A stretch of 14,946 nt of DNA from Octopus sinensis (GCF_006345805.1 NW_021825622.1:1-14946); one strand, 5' to 3'; shown: positions 1 to 8,616, counted from the stretch's first letter. The notes: generated by a model not told the origin, from the letters alone. A program made the numbers and translations.

Positions 1-112
1 GAGAGAATAAGTATAGGCTTACAGAATAAGTCCTGAGATCGATTTGTTCGACTAAAGGTGGTGCTCCAGCATGGCCGCAGTCAAATGACAGAAACAAATA
101 AAAGAATATACG
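1..112 (+). mobile_element. SINE family B, 3' part (cut by window edge)
   Basis: Matches the 3' end of the full copy at 13611-14037 (gaataagtcc...gatttg.tcgactaaagg.ggtgctccagcatggccgcagtcaaatgac.gaaacaa.taaaaga). Confidence 0.85.
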
Positions 113-118
113 GGATAT

Positions 119-342
119 GTGTGTGTGTGTGTTTCTATGTTTGTCTCACAAGACCTTTTGACAACCGGTGTTGGTGTGTTTACGTCTCCGTAACTTAGCG
201 GTTCGGCCAAAGAGACTGATAGAATAAGTACCATGGTTTTAAAAAAAATAAATACTGGGATCGTTTCATTCGGCTAAAAACATCTTTAAGCTGGTGCCCC
301 AGCATGGCCACAGTGTAATGACTAAAACAAATAAAAGATAAA
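119..342 (+). mobile_element. SINE family B, 3' half starting at its internal (TG)n tract
   Basis: (GT)n then tttgtc...ttgacaaccg.tg.tggtgtgtttacgtctccgtaacttagcggttcggc.aaagagac.gatagaataagtac...gtgc.ccagcatggcc.cag...aatgact.aaacaa.taaaaga, collinear with about 13800-14037. Confidence 0.85.
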
Positions 343-370
343 CGGTTAAATACACAAGCAATAACAACAC

Positions 371-410
371 CATCATCATCATCATCATCATCATCCGTAA
401 CAACAACAAC
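371..410. repeat. (CAT)n followed by (AAC)n microsatellite
   Basis: About 8 CAT units at 371-394 and about 4 AAC units at 399-410, read directly. Confidence 0.95.
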
Positions 411-544
411 AGCATAAATAGTTACAGTGGTTGTGTCTAGTTCCTCACTGCGTCTCAAGGGAAGAATTTCTCTTCTTGAAGTCTGTGAAAATTAAGTTTA
501 ACTGAATAGCGAAAACCCATAACGCAAGAAGTCAGAATTGTCTC

Positions 545-758
545 GAGTTCCCATAGGGGCTGTTATCCAGTTTCCATGGCATGTAAGTGACCGAAATCAC
601 AACACTCCCCTTGAACGGAACGCCTGTTCGTCGTATTGTCGCATAGGAGCAACATGAAACGATGTGTTTTTCTCGAGAACACCACCCACCACACGGTCTG
701 GGAATTGAAACTACAATCTTGTAATGGGTGAATGCATTCACCTTAACCTCTTGCCACT
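545..758 (-). mobile_element. Degraded tRNA-headed SINE (distinct body)
   Basis: Minus strand reads gtggcaagaggttaagg (A-box-like) ... gtttcaattcccagacc (B-box-like) ... gtgttctcgagaaaacacatcgtttcatgttgctcc, a SINE head plus core. The 3' boundary is approximate. Confidence 0.6.
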
Positions 759-849
759 AAAAAAAAAAAGAACAACCCAGAAAAACTACACTTTCTGTGG
801 GAATCGAACTCGTAAAGGAAAATTTACACTACGATGTTTATACTTATGA

Positions 850-1230
850 GTGGAGGCGCAATGCCCCAGTTGTTAAGGCAGCGGACTCGCGGCAGTGGGA
901 TTGCGGTTTCGATTTCCAGGCCGGGCGTTGTGAGCTTTTACTGAGCGAAAACACTTAAAGCCCCGCGGGGCTCCGGCAGGGGGTGGTGACGAATCCTGCT
1001 GTACTCCTTCACCACAACTTTCGATCTTTCTTCCTCTTTCTCTTGTACCTGTATTTCGAAGGGCCAGCCTTGTCACACTCTGTGTCCCACTGAATCTCCC
1101 CGAGAACTACGTTAATGGCACGTGTGTCTGTGGAATACTCAGCCACTTGCTCGATTAATTTCACGAGCTGGCTGTTCCGTTGATCAAATCAACTGGAACC
1201 CTCGTCGTCGTAACCGACGGAGTGCCACAG
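850..1230 (+). mobile_element. SINE with head A and tail type 1
   Basis: Head ggaggcgcaatgccccagttgttaagg (A box) ... ggtttcgatttcc (B box). First ~170 bp about 85% identical by eye to 1412-1584 on the minus strand; 3' ~190 bp matches 3820-3995. Candidate degenerate TSD TATACTTATG (839-848) / TATACCTACG (1231-1240), 8/10. Confidence 0.9.
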
Positions 1231-1267
1231 TATACCTACGTATACGGAGCCGTATATTAAATATATT

Positions 1268-1585
1268 CACCGTCACCGTGATCATCGTGACCGACCAGGC
1301 TATCAGATGTTGTTACACATCTCTGGTCACAATGCGCTTCGCATTGTTTTAGCCTTCAAATGACGCCACCCCGCTGGCTAAGCGAGCAGGCCAACAGAAG
1401 AAAGAGTGAGAGAAATTTGTGGCGAAAGAGTACAGCAGGGATCGCCACCACCCCGCTGCCAGAGCCTCGTGGAGCTTTAGGTGTTTTCGCTCAATAAACA
1501 CTCACAACGCCCGGTCTGGGAATCGAAACCGCGATCCTACGACCGCGAGTCCGCTGCCCTAACCACTGGGCCATTGCGCCTCCAC
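1268..1585 (-). mobile_element. Full-length SINE with head A and tail type 2, exact 14-bp TSD
   Basis: Minus strand GGAGGCGCAATGGCCCAGTGGTTAGG (A box TGGCCCAGTGG) ... GGTTTCGATTCCC (B box). Flanked by ATATTAAATATATT at 1254-1267 and 1586-1599. Confidence 0.93.
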
Positions 1586-1811
1586 ATATTAAATATATTA
1601 CAATGTTAATATTAGAGACGCTAATAAGTTGTTTAATTTAAGAAACTATTTAGACAGAAATCAATATTGTTAAGACAGGACTTCTCTTTATGTAATCACG
1701 GCACGAAAATCTAATTAAAATGTAATTGTGAGATTTTATTGCGACTACAATGATGTCTGTAGGAACTACAATGTTGTCTAGTGACTGTTTGGTTTGTATT
1801 TTAAATTAAAC

Positions 1812-1968
1812 TCTTTTCTACTCTAGGCGCAAAGCCCGAAATTTTTTGGTGGGATGGGGGCCACTCGATCAGATTGACCCCAGTACGCAACTGGTACTTA
1901 ATTTATCGAAGCCGAAAAAATAAAAGGCAAAGTCGACCTCAGCGGAATTCAAACTCAGAACGTAAAGA
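1812..1968 (-). mobile_element. SINE family C, 3' part (head lost)
   Basis: ttttctactctaggc.caa.gcccgaaatt...gaccccagtacgcaactggtacttaatttatcga...aaaggcaaagtcgacctc.gcggaatt..aactcagaacgtaaagac is the reverse complement of 7480-7692. Confidence 0.88.
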
Positions 1969-1971
1969 CAA

Positions 1972-2220
1972 ATGAAACTGGAAGAAGCCCGGCGTATATA
2001 TATATATATATATTTGTGTGTGTATGTGTGTGTTTGTTTGTCCCCCCCCCCCAGCTACCGTCGCTTAACAACCGATGCTGGTGTGTTTATGTTCCCGTAA
2101 CCTAGCGGTTTGGCATAAGTAACCGTTACAATAAATACTAGGCTTCTTCGACTGACATCCTTTAAGGTGGTGTTCCAGCATGGCCGCAGTCAAATGACTG
2201 AAACGCATAAAAGAAAACAC
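1972..2220 (+). mobile_element. SINE family B, 5'-truncated
   Basis: gaaactg.aagaagccc..cg(TA)n(TG)n tttgtcccccc...cgctt.acaaccgatgctggtgtgttta...ccagcatggccgcagtcaaatgactgaaac, collinear with about 13745-14037. Confidence 0.88.
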
Positions 2221-2224
2221 ACAT

Positions 2225-2427
2225 TTGCGCACACGCACACACACACACATACACACACAGCGACGAGTTTCCACACAGTTTATGTCCACTAAATTCACTC
2301 ACAAAACATTTGGCTTGGCCAAAGACTCTTGCAAAAGACACTTGCCAAAGGTGCCGCGCAATGGATTGAACCCGAAACTCCATGGCTTCAAATCGTGCTT
2401 CTTAACCGCGTGGCTATGCCTGCGCCT
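2225..2427 (-). mobile_element. SINE family B-related, 5' half, diverged
   Basis: Minus strand aggcgcaggcatagccacgcggttaagaagc...gggttcaatccattgcgcggcacctttggcaagtgtctt...ggaaactcgtcg then (TG)n; same layout as 13611-13800. Confidence 0.8.
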
Positions 2428-2593
2428 GAAACATTAGTTTATCTAACAATAAATAAACATTTGAATATCCTGTATCTACATTTTAGTCTTTCTTCTTTCA
2501 CATTATTAAAGGTTAGGCGAAATAGTTTTTTGCCTTCAGTAGTGCAATATGTTTCACATTTACTTGTGTCTATCGCAACAGTTTTAATCATCA

Positions 2594-2616
2594 TTATTAT
2601 TATTATTATTATTATT
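2594..2616. repeat. (ATT)n microsatellite
   Basis: About 7 ATT units, read directly. Confidence 0.9.
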
Positions 2617-3281
2617 GTTAATTATATTTATTTTAGTTACTGATGTAATTGCAACGGACGGTTATCATTTGATATCGTGATATTTTCAAATCTGCTTTCT
2701 CTGTTTCCGCCTTCCGCTGTTTATCTATCTGAGCTAAGATGTTTTCTTATTGGAAACCCACCCTGTGTTGTGCATAATCTTCTAAGAGATATTTTCCTTT
2801 TTCCCTTGAGAAAACCGACATAATAACCACTTCTTTTATTTACTTTTACGCAACAGTAGTAATAATAATAATTTTCAGTCAACGACATGTTATTCGCTGA
2901 AGTGTAACCGTTCTAGTAGACCTAACGCGCTGTCTGGTTTAACACCACAACCACCGCTCGTATGAGCCTCATTACCGAAGATCACTTTTACAATTCTGCA
3001 AACATTTGAACGCCATCTTCCTGTTTTCGTCATCACGCCCGCCATCACAACTTAGTTCCTTCCTGACACATATTCCCCGCCAACATTGACCTGCAGATGT
3101 TCAGGCTATACATACATTGTCTGCATTAATTTTTCTAGTCCAGCAGGCCTGTACAGGTCACCGTCACTGCTCACATCAACCCTCGTACACGTCTGACTAA
3201 CTCTTTAACAAATGATATATCGCTAACATGCATGCCGAACAACGATAGTCGTGTATAACTTATTAACATAAAATATAATTT

Positions 3282-3379
3282 AGGCGCAGACGAGGCTGCG
3301 AGGTAACGTACTTGCTTCCCAACCACATGGTTCCGGGTTCAGTCCCATTGCGGGGCAACCAGGATACATGTCTTCTATT
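3282..3379 (+). mobile_element. SINE family B head fragment
   Basis: aggcgcag.cg.ggctg.g.ggtaa..t.cttgcttcccaaccacatggttccgggttcagtccca.tgcg.ggca.c...g..a..tgtcttcta matches the family B head at 13611-13700. Confidence 0.8.
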
Positions 3380-3406
3380 AAATAAAAACCAGTTATTCCT
3401 CAAATC

Positions 3407-3721
3407 GGTGGAGGCACATGGCATAGTGGTTAGAGCAGCGGACTCGCGGTCGAGGGATCGCGGGTTCGAATCTCAGACCGGGTGATGTGTGTGTTTATGA
3501 GCGAAACACCTAAGCTCCACACGGCTCCGGCAGAAGGTAATGGCGAACTTCTGCTGACTCTTTCACCACAGTTTTCTCCCACTGCCTCTAGCAGCTCACC
3601 TGCGACAGATCGGCGTCCCGTCCAGGTAGGGGAAACTATACGCCAAGGAAACCGGGGAAAATGGCCCTATGAGTCAGGCGTGGCTCGATAAGGAACAAAC
3701 AAACAAACAAACAAACAAACA
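3407..3721 (+). mobile_element. Full-length SINE, head A-related, tail type 3 with (AAAC)n tail and TSD
   Basis: ggaggcacatggcatagtggttagagcagcggactcgcggtcg...gggttcgaatc (A and B boxes). Body similar to the A copies up to ctctttcaccaca, then a different tail ending in (AAAC)n. TSD ATTCCTCAAATC (3395-3406) / ATCCCTCAAATC (3722-3733), 11/12 with 9 bp exact. Confidence 0.9.
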
Positions 3722-3756
3722 ATCCCTCAAATCACAACTGAGATACATTGGATTGC

Positions 3757-3995
3757 GTGAAGGCGCTTGGGTTAGTGGTTAGGGTATTCGATAGGTCGTG
3801 AGTGCGATTCCCAGGAGTTGAGTTGTATCTGTAATTCAAAGGGCCAGTCTTTTCACATACTGAGTCACGCAGAATCTCCCTGAGAACTACTTTGACGGTA
3901 AACGTATCTGTGGAATACTCAGCACGATAATTTCACGAGCAGGCTGTTCCGTTGATCAACCGGAACCCTCGTCATCGTAACCGACGGAATGCCAA
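3757..3995 (+). mobile_element. SINE with head D and tail type 1 (internally deleted)
   Basis: Head gtgaaggcgcttgggttagtggttagggtattcg (same as 14651-14690) ... gcgattccc, then jumps to tgtatctgtaattcaaagggccag...ggaaccctcgtcatcgtaaccgacggaatgcca, collinear with about 1045-1227. Confidence 0.85.
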
Positions 3996-4269
3996 GAAAA
4001 GAAGATATCAGATTACGCAATCGTAGATGTAGAAGGCCGATGCTGAAACAGCCAGACTATCATACGCGCCTATCTACAAATACTGCTTTCAAAGATTATA
4101 TTTCGCACACACACACACACCACACACACACATATAGGAAACATGCTGTCAACTAATGTGTCATAATGTTACAGTAGCGTCTGTTATAATTACGTGTTTA
4201 GTTAATGACTACTTACAGAAAGAAGTAATTAGTCGCTAACTGGTGTAATGTTATCGTTTACAAATGCAG

Positions 4270-4343
4270 GCATATATATGTGTGTGTGTGTGTGTGTACG
4301 TGCGTGTAAATTATATATGTTTATTGCTTAGAAATACAAACAT

Positions 4344-4393
<50 letters not shown>

Positions 4394-4424
4394 TATATAA
4401 TATATATATATATATTATATATAT
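4270..4424. repeat. (TG)n and long interrupted (TA)n microsatellite
   Basis: (TG)n near 4278-4297 and interrupted (TA)n at about 4342-4424. Confidence 0.95.
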
Positions 4425-4528
4425 CAGCGTGATCACGTGACCGACCTGCTATCAGGATGTTGCTATAAATCGCTGGTCACGATGCGCTTCGCATCGTTTT
4501 AGCCTTCAAATTACGCCACCCCGCTGGC
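4425..4528 (-). mobile_element. 5'-truncated copy of SINE tail type 2
   Basis: gtgatcacgtgaccgacc.g.ctatcag.atgttg.ta.a.atcgctggtcac.atgcgcttcgcat.gttttagccttcaaat.acgccaccccgctggc matches about 1278-1378. Confidence 0.88.
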
Positions 4529-5449
4529 GTGCATGCGATATAGTATGTGGTGTGTGGTGTGTATGTGTGTGTTAAGCAATACAAACTGCAGATATTCCAT
4601 CGTGGCGAGAAATAGTTTCGTACGCGTTGGGACAATCTCCAGACTAAATCCTTTATTTGCAACATCTTTTACAGCATGTTATTTGCGAAAAACTGAACCA
4701 TTTCCGTTTTTGCCATAATGAATAAGAGAGCTATTTTATCTTAATCGAACAATGCACCACCAGACCTACCGTAAAAAAATATATACGTCAACGACAGATG
4801 AGAATAAACGAAAGCAACAATAAAAACCAAAGAGATATGTAAAATAAAATCGAATGCCTGGGTCCGCATATATGTATGAGTTTTTGTGTTTTTTTAAGGA
4901 TGATGCTAAAGATGGTATTCCAATTATTGTAACAGACGCGCATTAAAATTACTGAATTTTCTGAAAATATTATACCCGGTTTTCAGATAGAGGAAATGGT
5001 TACGCATGTTTTTCAGGATAAGTTTTTCTCTGCTGTACAAAGATTACGTCTTTCATTTCCGTTTTTGTAAGGGATTTAATCTATCAATAATGTTACATTT
5101 GGTATTATGATTGGCGGCTTTTTTCTTTTAATTTCCAGATGGAACCGACTAATTTTGTCATAAGTCACTTTTCACTTTTAAATGTATCTTTAAAAAGCAA
5201 AAGACGTATTATTGTAAATTGTAACAACTTCGCTCAGTCATGCCTGTATAGCTTTTACGTAGTACTTAGTGTTTTACTGTTATAATTGATAGCGTTTGGG
5301 TTACGAGACTCTCTTTTAGTGGTTATATGTTAGTGCTTCTCTTTGGAGCATAGGGCCTCAATTTCTAGCAGCAGCATCAATTTTCTCATGAGAAGAAGAT
5401 GCTAGCCCCGCACTCAGCCTTTTTTCATTTCTAGAGAAAAGAATGTTGT

Positions 5450-5535
5450 CGTAGATTTCAACTCAGACTGCAAGAGATAGTAAAAGATAGGCTAAGGCAT
5501 TTTATCCGACGCTGTAACAATTTTACAATTGCGCC
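5450..5535 (-). mobile_element. Highly degraded family C-like SINE head
   Basis: gattt.aactcaga...aaggcatttt.atccgacgct.taac.att.t.c.att.gcgcc resembles the reverse complement of the family C head. Confidence 0.4.
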
Positions 5536-5658
5536 ATATTTAAAGCATATCTTGGTAGATTATGGATGGAAAATAACGATTGATTATTGACCTGTCTGGT
5601 CTGTGACCCAAAACTATTTAAGTCTAAATAATAACTATTAAAACATCATCAATATTAA

Positions 5659-5935
5659 AGGCAGTGAGCTTAGTGAAGGCAGGGCCGGTTCGCAAAGGAT
5701 GACATTTTTATAAGAACATCTTATGTATAAACCTGCATAGGCACGGCGGGGCCCGGAATAGGGGAATCGTTAGAGCGTCGGACAAACGGCATTTCTACCT
5801 GCTTATGTTCTGAGTTCAATTTAAGGTAAGGCCGACATTGACTTGCATTTCTTTTTTATTTTTTGCGATGTTGATGAAATAAACACCAGTGAAATACTGC
5901 TGGCCTTGTGCCAAAATTAAAAAGTATTATTCTTT
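5659..5935 (+). mobile_element. Degraded family C-like SINE interrupted by a ~90-bp insert
   Basis: aaggcagtgagct (5658-5670), then an unrelated insert, then gaatcgttagagcgtcggac...ttatgttctgagttcaa...ggccttgtgccaaaatt...attatt. Confidence 0.6.
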
Positions 5936-6654
5936 AACGAAACAAAATGCTACAAAATTTTGTGGAATAGAACGGTAGAGAGTAACAAAAAAAAAAGGAA
6001 ATTATACCCAAGTATGTATCTGGTACAGTATGTTATCGACCCAACCACCAACCATCCCTATCAGATTTCTCAGGCTTAGGAAAATAGGTCAAATTTCTTG
6101 TATTTCATTCTTCTAGTGTCAATAAACGAAGCACTAATCATTTGTACTAAGAAGCTGTCGATCGAATCGACTCTTACCTGCAAACGCAACGAATTTCTGG
6201 CCGCACGCCAATACGAAAACAAAAAACTCATTATATTATGGAAGATACTTATCTCAACACATGTAAACCTGTGTTTACATGACACCCTTTACACTCAACA
6301 CACATTTCAACCAGTTGTCATTTTTATCCTGTACAGAACACTCGTCATTAAACACTTCCCTGTCATCGTTGTTCGAGACGAACACGCACGTTTGCTTGTT
6401 ACATATAGTTACATAGTCACTTTACATAAATGTGTCCGTGTGTGTGTACATTTCGGCATTCAACGTACATTAAGAGAACTGAAAAACTTATAAAGCACGC
6501 TGCTGAACACGTGTCACCATCTGTTGCATGCATTTAATAACGCACGTTAACCTCTATCACAAAGATTTAGACATATTTTAACATATGTCGCCAAGTTAGC
6601 TACATAGACAATACGCTAGTAAAGCAAGTGCCGTTGTTTGCTCGCCGTTGCTTT

Positions 6655-6672
6655 ATATCATTATTATTATTA

Positions 6673-6733
<61 letters not shown>

Positions 6734-6815
6734 CATTCTTCTGCTTCTTCTTCTTATTATTATTATTATCATTCTTCTTCTTCTTTTTTTCTTCTTCTTC
6801 TTCTTCTTCTTCTTC

Positions 6816-6852
<37 letters not shown>

Positions 6853-6895
6853 CATCATCGTCATTATTGAGAGAGAGAGAGAGAGAGAGAGAGAG
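6655..6895. repeat. Compound microsatellite (ATT)n-(CTT)n-(ATT)n-(CTT)n-(ATT)n-(GA)n
   Basis: Read directly; the junction motif tatcattcttc occurs twice (near 6731 and 6767). Confidence 0.97.
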
Positions 6896-7441
6896 TAGTG
6901 CATGCCATCAAAGTGACACTGGGGTAAAATATATGAAGCCCAGTATACCCATCATGACTACCCGTCTGATAAGAGTACACTAGACACATGCATCACAACC
7001 ATATGTGTGTGACATGATAATTTCATATCAAGATAAACAGTGCATGACCTTGCAGGTGAGGCCCAGTTAGAATTTTCTTCAGGTCGAGTAACCCATCCCA
7101 CTCAAAAGGTCCTTGAATAAGGGTTGTTTAAGGATGTTGAACGAAACATCCATGTTTCCTTAGGTGAATTATCCAAACTCCAAAGAATCCCTCTCAACAC
7201 ATGGCTATGATGCTCCCCCACTACTTCTCCTCGTGATCAGAGATGCACATATCGTCAGCCACTAAGGGACATGCTCAACTGGTTAAGGTCAAACAACTGA
7301 CAAGCAAATCTGTGGTATTGAGCAGAATATTTGCTGTAGCCCATCTTTTATACCAAGACAAAACAATGTACATGATAACACTTCCAATCAGTGAAGATCA
7401 GAAGCCACGAGAGCCACTGCCTGGTACTGCATCAGGGCATT
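6869..7441 (-). mobile_element. ~570-bp interspersed repeat embedded in an (ATT)n/(TAA)n array, class uncertain (possible non-autonomous or truncated non-LTR element)
   Basis: Complex, ORF-less, moderately GC-rich block with (ATT)n on both sides (6655-6868 and 7447-7477). I recall this sequence (aatgccctgatgcagtaccaggcagtggctct... to ...gatggcatgcact.ctctc) as a recurrent octopus repeat. Orientation and class are inferred. Confidence 0.6.
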
Positions 7442-7479
7442 ATATGATTATTATATTATTATTATTATTATTATTATAA

Positions 7480-7718
7480 GGCGGCAAACTGGCAGAATCG
7501 TTAGTACGCCAAGCAAAGTGCTTAGTGGCATGTCATCCGTCGCTACGCTCTTGACTTCAAATTCCGCCGAGGTCGACTTTGCCTTTCATCCTTCGGGGAT
7601 GATAGATTAAGTACCAGCTGCGTACTGGGTTCGATCTAATCGACTGTCCCCTATCCCCAAAAATTTCGGGCCTTGTGCCTAGAGTAGAAAAGATTATTAT
7701 TATTATTATTATTATTAT
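7480..7718 (+). mobile_element. Full-length SINE family C with (ATT)n tail
   Basis: ggcggcaaactggcagaatcgttag (A-box-like) ... gacttcaaattccgccgaggtcgactttgcctttcatcc...aagtaccagctgcgtactggg...gggccttgtgcctagagtagaaaag then (ATT)n; matches 14696-14855 and the minus-strand copies at 10741-11541. Confidence 0.9.
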
Positions 7719-7744
7719 GTGCGTGTGTGCATGCGTGTTGTCAG

Positions 7745-7754
7745 TCTATCTATC

Positions 7755-7830
<76 letters not shown>

Positions 7831-7831
7831 G

Positions 7832-7878
<47 letters not shown>

Positions 7879-7884
7879 CTATCT
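7745..7884. repeat. (TCTA)n microsatellite, nearly pure
   Basis: About 35 TCTA/TATC units, read directly. Confidence 0.97.
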
Positions 7885-8143
7885 CAACCGGGAAGGCAAG
7901 GCAGTTTTCATCGTACTGGTGGCCATGGTGAAAGAATGTGTGTGGTGGACTCGAGCGAAAGGATTAGAGACAAACACTTACCTCTCTGGCCAATCGCTCA
8001 TCAACTTTTTCAAGTACCTCTTGAAAAGGAAGGTGAGAATGGAGAGGGAAGTTTTGTCTCGGGAAAGTTTCAAAAAAAGGTGGGTGAATGTAGCAAAGAT
8101 GGTGCGTGCGAGTGACGAAACCACTTTGAACATGCTCCTGTAA
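7883..8143 (+). pseudogene. Retrotransposon ORF2 C-terminal remnant (about 86 codons, no native start)
   Basis: Non-repetitive part of supplied ORF 7727..8143; the upstream part of that ORF is only translated (TCTA)n. Confidence 0.7.
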
Positions 8144-8452
8144 ATCGTAAAATAGACAGAGAGAGCACTTTGCTCTCATGTGTTTATTTTCTCCGTGCCT
8201 GAGGTTACCGTGGTATTTTCTATAGGCTTTTCTTTCCACGGATGAACCTAATCTTGTTTCTTACTTTTTAAAAAAATTTCTTTTTGTGATACAGGATCCC
8301 TTTTGAACGCCTTTTTTTTTTCGATCTCTTTTGATCGGAATTTTACATTTCTTTCCTCTTTTTCCTTTTTCTTTTTCCATCTTCGAAAAGAAAAGCTCTA
8401 CATTTGTATTTGTCCCCTCTGTGTTCAACCCTGTGTGGCCAATAAAGAAAGT
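7883..8452 (+). mobile_element. 5'-truncated L1/Tx1-type non-LTR retrotransposon: ORF2 C-terminus, 3'UTR and polyadenylation signal
   Basis: Open frame 7883-8143 [86 protein letters not shown] shows the K-x-x-(I/V)-W-x-x-R ... F ... R-x-E ... F-x-x-x-W pattern I associate with the post-zinc-knuckle end of L1/Tx1 ORF2. Followed by a pyrimidine-rich UTR, AATAAA at 8441-8446, then (TATC)n from 8453. Confidence 0.72.
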
Positions 8453-8616
8453 TATCTATCTATCTATCTATTTATCCATCCATCTAACTATCTATCTATT
8501 TATTTATCTATCTATCTATCTGTTTATCTATCTATCCATCTATCTAATTATCCATCCATCTATCTATCTATTTATCCATCCATCCATCCATCTATCTATT
8601 TATTCTTTCATCCACC

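Noticed and set aside
1510-1585. tRNA-like sequences with A and B boxes (also at 850, 3407, 10150, 13611, 14696)
   Set aside because: Each continues into a multi-copy SINE body, some with TSDs, and lacks a clean cloverleaf and terminator; these are SINE heads, not tRNA genes.
4012-4021. C/EBP or PAR-bZIP-like site ATTACGCAAT
   Set aside because: Single 10-mer with no supporting context.
4880-5290. Several plus-strand acceptor-like sites, the strongest ttttctttta atttccAG at 5137-5138 followed by a 48-codon ATG frame
   Set aside because: No good matching donors and no recognisable peptide; T-rich AG sites are expected by chance here.
6098-6493. 131-aa plus-strand ORF
   Set aside because: No recognisable domain; composition looks like translated non-coding AT-rich DNA.
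6628-6983. ORFs with poly-Leu/Tyr/Ile/Ser runs
   Set aside because: Translations of (ATT)n/(CTT)n/(GA)n microsatellites.
6896-7436. Solo LTR interpretation of the ~570-bp element (TG...CA ends, TATA-like motif)
   Set aside because: No matching 4-6 bp TSD or convincing terminal inverted repeat; flanks are microsatellite.
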